From the human T2T-CHM13v2.0 reference genome, Homo sapiens: 64,000 nucleotides of DNA. The position numbers and the translations under genes were made by a program. The notes below the pieces were generated by a model. It was not told where the DNA came from, made no database searches, and saw only the letters and a list, made by a program, of their open reading frames with translations. Position 1 is the first letter of the stretch; every line of letters begins with the position of its first letter. Of this stretch, positions 58,701-64,000 are shown piece after piece. The stretch lies in the NCBI RefSeq assembly GCF_009914755.1, contig NC_060925.1. The stretch is one strand, 5' to 3'.

Positions 58701-60215
58701 CTATAAAGTGTAGTAATGATGAATTGGACACAGGGGCTCAGGAAGCTGTGGGCCACTGGACAGGGTACCACTCTACCAAGGAGCAGCAGCAGAACTTACT
58801 TAATCAAGTTTCCACATTGCACCCTTTGTATGAGATGCCTCCAGCACAAGGCAGCTAGGGATCTTATTTTAGCAGAATTAAACTCTTTAATGGATTTTTC
58901 CCCCAGTGCCCTGAGAATATTTCTGGTCTAAGAGATATCATTTTTTTTTTCTTCAGGAAGATCTGTTCACTACAACAAAAAACCACAAGCAAAATGCATT
59001 TCTAGTCTAGTGAAGAAAAAGAAAGAAAAGGAATTAATTAGACTTTATTTTTTTTCTGCACATGAAGCACACTTTAAAAAATGTTTCCTTAACTCTATCT
59101 TTATATGAATTTAGAATTTTGCATAAAGTGACTGTACTAAAAACAAGCCAATAAAAGCAACACTGGTAAGTGTTGATGCATTGATAAGTGGACATGCAAT
59201 TCTGCTTGTCAAAATTCTCATACTAGAGAGTTGACTGTAGGTTTGAAAGTGGAGCCTTTCCCATTCTTCTTTTTAATACATGGAGCTTGAATATTAACAC
59301 TTCAGGTGAAATATAAGTTTCAGACTTGCAAATTTTTATCACGAAATCAAAAGGAATAGAAAATGATAAGAGCAGAGGGGGAAGTGGTTGGAAAATAAGA
59401 GGACCTCTTAATGTCAGTAGGATGGAAATCAACAGGATAATGAGGATTGCTAGAGTAAATAATTTCCATTTTATCCCCAATAAGAATATTCCCTCCATCA
59501 CCTTTCAAATTCCCTGCTCGACTCCTGTGCATCCAAAACAAATGATTATCTACTCTTCATTCCTGAAATGAGCCCTGAAGTAGGTGTAGTTGTGGAATTC
59601 TGAAGTGCTTCTCTCTGGGGCCCTCCATCTTAAGCTGGTAGACCATGGGCATTAACATGTATGTTGGTTTTACGCATGTTTTGCAAAGCCCTATTTGTTT
59701 TTATCATTTGAATTTGTGAGCGATGTAACATCTTCCAAAGTATATTAGATATTCTCATCTTGGGAATTCATAGACAGCTCTGAAACTTCTGTAGAAAAAC
59801 AAGAGATTCTGTACACTGTGTCCAGTTAAAGCTAGCAGAAACACAAAATCAAATGGATAGGCTGTATATACGCCGCCATCTTAAAATGACATTTATTTTT
59901 TTTCTGTCTCATGTCACTAGAACAGATTGTGACACTTTCTGTGGCCCACATGGCAGGAATGATCTTGTAGAATACCTTAAAACTACACAGCAAGTTTCTG
60001 GCATGGGTTTAGCCCTTCTTTATGTGAAAGACTCTGAACAGCTGTACCAAATTAGCCAAACCATGAATAGACACAAGAAAAACACCCTTTATTGCTATTG
60101 GTTTTCAATGGCTGGAGTGGAACATTAGGATGGCTATGTAGATCCATCTGGGATGGCGCTCATCACTTAATCTGCTTTGGTGTGAAAACTGAGCCACTTA
60201 ACCATGTAATAGGCA

Positions 60216-60942
60216 ATTTTTTTTTTTTTGGTTTGTCCTCTTAGGTTTTTTTTTTTTTTCTTTTTAAACTTTTGTTTCAGGTTCAGGGGGTACATGTGGA
60301 GGTTTGTCATATGGGTAAATTGCATATTGCTAGGATTTGATATACAAATGATACAGGTAGTGAACATTGTATCTAGTAGGTAGTTTTTCAACTCTCATCC
60401 CTCTCTCACTCTCCGCCCTCAAGTAGGCCTAGTGTCTATTGTTCCCCTTTGTGTCCATGTGTACTCAATGTTTAGCTCCCACTTTTACAAATGAGAAGAT
60501 GTGGTACTTAGTTTTCTGTTCCTGTATTAGTTCGCTTGGGATAATGGCCTCCTACTGCATCCATTTTGCTGCAAAGACATGATTTTGTTCTTTTTTATGG
60601 CTGCATAATATTTCATGGTGTATGTGTACCACATTTTCTTTATCCAGTCCACTGTGGACTGGCATCTAGGTTGATTCCATGCGTTTGCTCTTGTGAACAG
60701 CACTGTGATGAACATATGAGTCCATGTGTTTTTTTGGTAGAATGATTTATATTCCTCTAGGAATATCCCAGTTAATGGGATTGCTGGGTCAAGTGGTAGT
60801 TCTGTTTTAAGTTCTTTGAGAATTCTCCAAACTGCTTTCCACAGTGGCAGAACTAATTTACATTCCCACCAGCAGTGTGTAAGTGTTCCCGTCTCTCTGC
60901 AACCTCACCAACATCTATTATTTTCTGATGTTTTAATAAGAG
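60216..60942 (-). mobile_element. 5'-truncated L1 (L1PA16/L1PB4-like) 3' end
   Basis: ttcagggggtacatgtg; ORF2 C-terminal peptide 60527-60715; TSD aataggca (60208-60215 / 60943-60950). Confidence 0.9.
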
Positions 60943-60973
60943 AATAGGCATATCTTTTCTCTTTCTCTTTTAG

Positions 60974-61090
60974 GTATATATAAAGGACCTCAGATTAAGG
61001 TAAAATCAGCACATGGAACCAATCATTTCTGGGATGGGCTTCAAAGCAAGGCTCTGGCACTCAGACCTCAGCAAAGTGTAAAATGTCTCT
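60974..61090 (+). other. Candidate 117-nt exon (unverified)
   Basis: Acceptor tcttttctctttctcttttag, donor tct|gtaagc, one open frame. Confidence 0.3.
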
Positions 61091-61569
61091 GTAAGCATTC
61101 CTTCTTCTCTGCCTCCCCGTCCCCTTCTGTGTTGGATTTAGAAACTTATATTCATATATACTACCATCATTGGTTAGCACTTGAAAACAAGAAAAAGACA
61201 GGTTTATCAACCCTCAGCGATTTTAATGGGAAAACGTCTTGCATTTATGTATTTTAGTGGCAGAATCAGATGGTATATGAACTTGCTGTTCTTGATAGAA
61301 AACTATATTGAAAAGGGAACATAGTTATGCCAATGTTGCCCTGGAAAATAATGATGAATTATACAACATAAAAACATTATTGTCTAAAATGTTTTTTAAG
61401 AGAAAACTACATACAATCTCAAGCTTGACTTAACTATCTGTTTATTCACCCCATCTTATCCTGCAAAGCATTTTAAATGACTGGTTATTATTTGCATGTT
61501 GGGACCTTTCAGTTCTTTTATTATTTTTGACTTTGTTGAGAACACACCTAATTCTTTTTATGCCTTCAC

Positions 61570-61672
61570 TGAACTCTAACTCCTGGAGTCCAAGGATTGT
61601 GTTATTTGTATTTATATCTTCAGTATATAGAACTGTGCCTAGTAAGTGATCAATGAATATTTTTTAATAAAA
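61570..61672 (+). mobile_element. L2 3' terminus
   Basis: ctcctggag...tagaactgtgcctag...tcaatgaatattt. Confidence 0.6.
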
Positions 61673-62626
61673 TGATGGAGACAAAGGCAGTCCTTTATAA
61701 TATAATTTTTATATTAAAAACTAGGGAGAAGGTCAGTTTGAATTAGTTAATGGTGAATTGAGGGATGTATGTTAAAAAACTTCATAAGGTTCTGTTTGTG
61801 TGTTTCAGCTAACTGGAATGAGTAAGAAAATATTTTCAGGTAGGCAAGCTGTGGGTCCTGCTGTAACCAATAGATTCAATCATGTAATATATCTAATTTG
61901 AAATTAATTTTTCTACTTGAGACTACTAAAATATTTAATAATTAGTTCATCTCTTAGGCTGATATGACCTTCCACTCAATTTTTTTTTTTATTATATGTC
62001 CCTTTGCAAACTCTTCTTACTGCAAGTTAGTGTAAGCCTGACTGGTGGGGTCTAGATAACTAACTGGTGGCCAAGGTGACATACCTTTTTGTAATATGCT
62101 AAGCATTATTTCACAAGAGTAGCAATTTATAATAGATTTTTATTTTGAAATATGTTATATTTTGGTAAGGTCTTGGGTAGAATGTACTCCAACTTTAAAT
62201 ACATCTGATAATAACAATGAATATTTGCTGAACTGAATACTGAAGCTTTTTGATGAATAAAACCCTACGCATTTATAAGCTCTTATTGATAGATTGCAAT
62301 CTTAGTTAGTAGGTTTACAGAGACAAACTTTCCTTCAGTAGCTGTGTTTTCCTCACACTGTGGCCCTCATTTCTCCTCCTTTCAAAAGGAAAGCATGCAG
62401 GAGAAAAACTCCTATGATTAAAACCTCCTAAGTCTTTCCAAATGAAACCTGAAATCCCATATCTGAGGGCCAGAACTCCTTAGGTGAGGTTGGTTTCAGC
62501 CTAGGGGAGGAGTGTGACTGTACCTGTAGCCTGCCTCTTTTCTTTTAAGGCATAAGGCAGGAGGATGTCAACTCTTTACCACAAATGTATTTCTAGATTT
62601 GAATATATAAATGATAGAGTTCTTAC

Positions 62627-62700
62627 CTTTTATAAGTTTCTCTCTGACAGGTAGGCTCAGAAAACATCTCTCTCTAAAACGGAAATGTTGATATAAATAT
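62627..62700 (-). other. Candidate 74-nt exon (unverified)
   Basis: Minus-strand acceptor tttttcttcag, donor aag|gtaaga; one open frame YLYQHFRFRERCFLSLPVREKLIK. Confidence 0.35.
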
Positions 62701-64000
62701 CTGAAGAAAAATTCTAATCACAGTATACATTGAACAGGCTTACTGATCTTGTATACCTGGAAAAAGATTTTCAAACAGACTTTGTCAGCTCAGCCTTGGC
62801 ATTCCTTGTCAAACAAAAGCATGCCTAAAGACACATTTCAAAAGCAGACAATGCAGCACTTGCTAACCTGCAGAAAATCGAAAAGGAACACAGAGGCCAA
62901 GAACAAACAGAATAGGGAACCAATGAGAAAATGGAGCACAGTTCTGAGAAACCATTTCAGAGAACCAAAAATGTTTTTAAAAGACCACATCAATAATTAA
63001 GCCTCAGCAAGTCAAATTCCATTTTTTTATTTGCTGCAATTGTCTTAAGATTTGTAATGAAGAAATGAAATTTTTGATTCAGCCTCAGTAAAAAGGAAGC
63101 TAATTCTTACAATCCAGAGGGTAGGATGGAAAAAAGAAGGTGGCAGAGGGAAAGAAATCTTATTTGCAGGAAATGCTTGCCCAAGTTGAGTTATCTTTGG
63201 TTATGTCAGAATGTAAACATTTCAGTCAACTGTAGATTTGGGCCAGGTGGCCCTTAGCAGAATTAAAAGTTTATCTCTTTTTTTTCTTCTTTCAAAAGTG
63301 AGACTATTTTCCTACTAGTATTTATGTTGATCATGTGACTTAACTTGGGTTGACTATTTGGTGATTTGATAATATACAAAATAGCATGACACAAGCCTGT
63401 TTACTGCTATCCAAATAAAATCATATGGTTTTCTATGGATTTCGTATTTCATTTCTTTGCAGAGTGTAACTTGCAATGCAATTGAGCCTAGACATATCCA
63501 ACAGAGATTCTTTTGTTTTTTTTTTACCTAAATAAAATTTTTATTTCTCATAAGGAGCATAAATGTGCTGTCACACACACACAGCTCATGTTAAGGCAGG
63601 GACAAGTAGCAGGTTTGAAAACGAGAGGACAATGCTGAGGATTCTGTGGAGAGATGGCTGCAGATGTGGGCACAGGCGTGTAAGGCTGGTTTTCATGGAA
63701 GTGAAGTGGGAGCTTCACTTTGGCAGACTTTAAGCATTGGCACCTTTTACTCCTCTCTGTGGTCAAACAGACCTGGATCCACAAACTGGAGTAGAATGAA
63801 GATTAGCAGGGCCTGCTCTTGATAGCAAATTGTGATGCTGATGTGAATATCCTGCCTTTCAGTGGTAGTGTTTTAACAGAAATGCTAGTTTTCCTCTGTG
63901 AAAAATGACTGGTAAGAAGAATTGGATGATACTTATGAGACTTTTATATCATTTCAGACTAAATTTCTAAATTCTTAATTTGTTACTAAAGAGAAAAAGA

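Noticed and set aside
63699-63720. Hairpin aagtgaag-tgggag-cttcactt as a miRNA or terminator
   Set aside because: An 8-bp stem is too short and is expected by chance in 64 kb

Overview
This is human (primate) non-coding genomic DNA, either intergenic or deep intronic. An AluYa5 with all five diagnostic positions points to Homo sapiens. I can support no intact protein-coding gene, tRNA, rRNA or CRISPR array. The long ORFs come from LINE-1, Alu or THE1 repeats, and the short ones outside repeats look like chance ORFs. Main repeat content: a near full-length but inactivated L1PA4/5-like element (48.1-54.2 kb); a formerly full-length L1PB carrying an Alu, a THE1 remnant and a microhomology-joined deletion of about 3.7 kb (31.7-36.7 kb); a nested HAL1 > twin-primed L1MB > AluS + complete THE1 provirus (17.8-23.4 kb); about 12 Alus, including a trimer and five inverted pairs; solo MaLR LTRs; MER53, ORSL and MamSINE1; and many MIR and L2 relics. 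The best functional candidate is a largely repeat-free block at about 14.0-17.7 kb that is dense in homeodomain, TALE, POU and nuclear-receptor motifs and resembles a cluster of conserved developmental enhancers. A few exon-like segments suggest possible lncRNA transcription. I found no convincing evidence of a new biological system. Repeat subfamily calls come from my recall of consensus sequences, not a database search.
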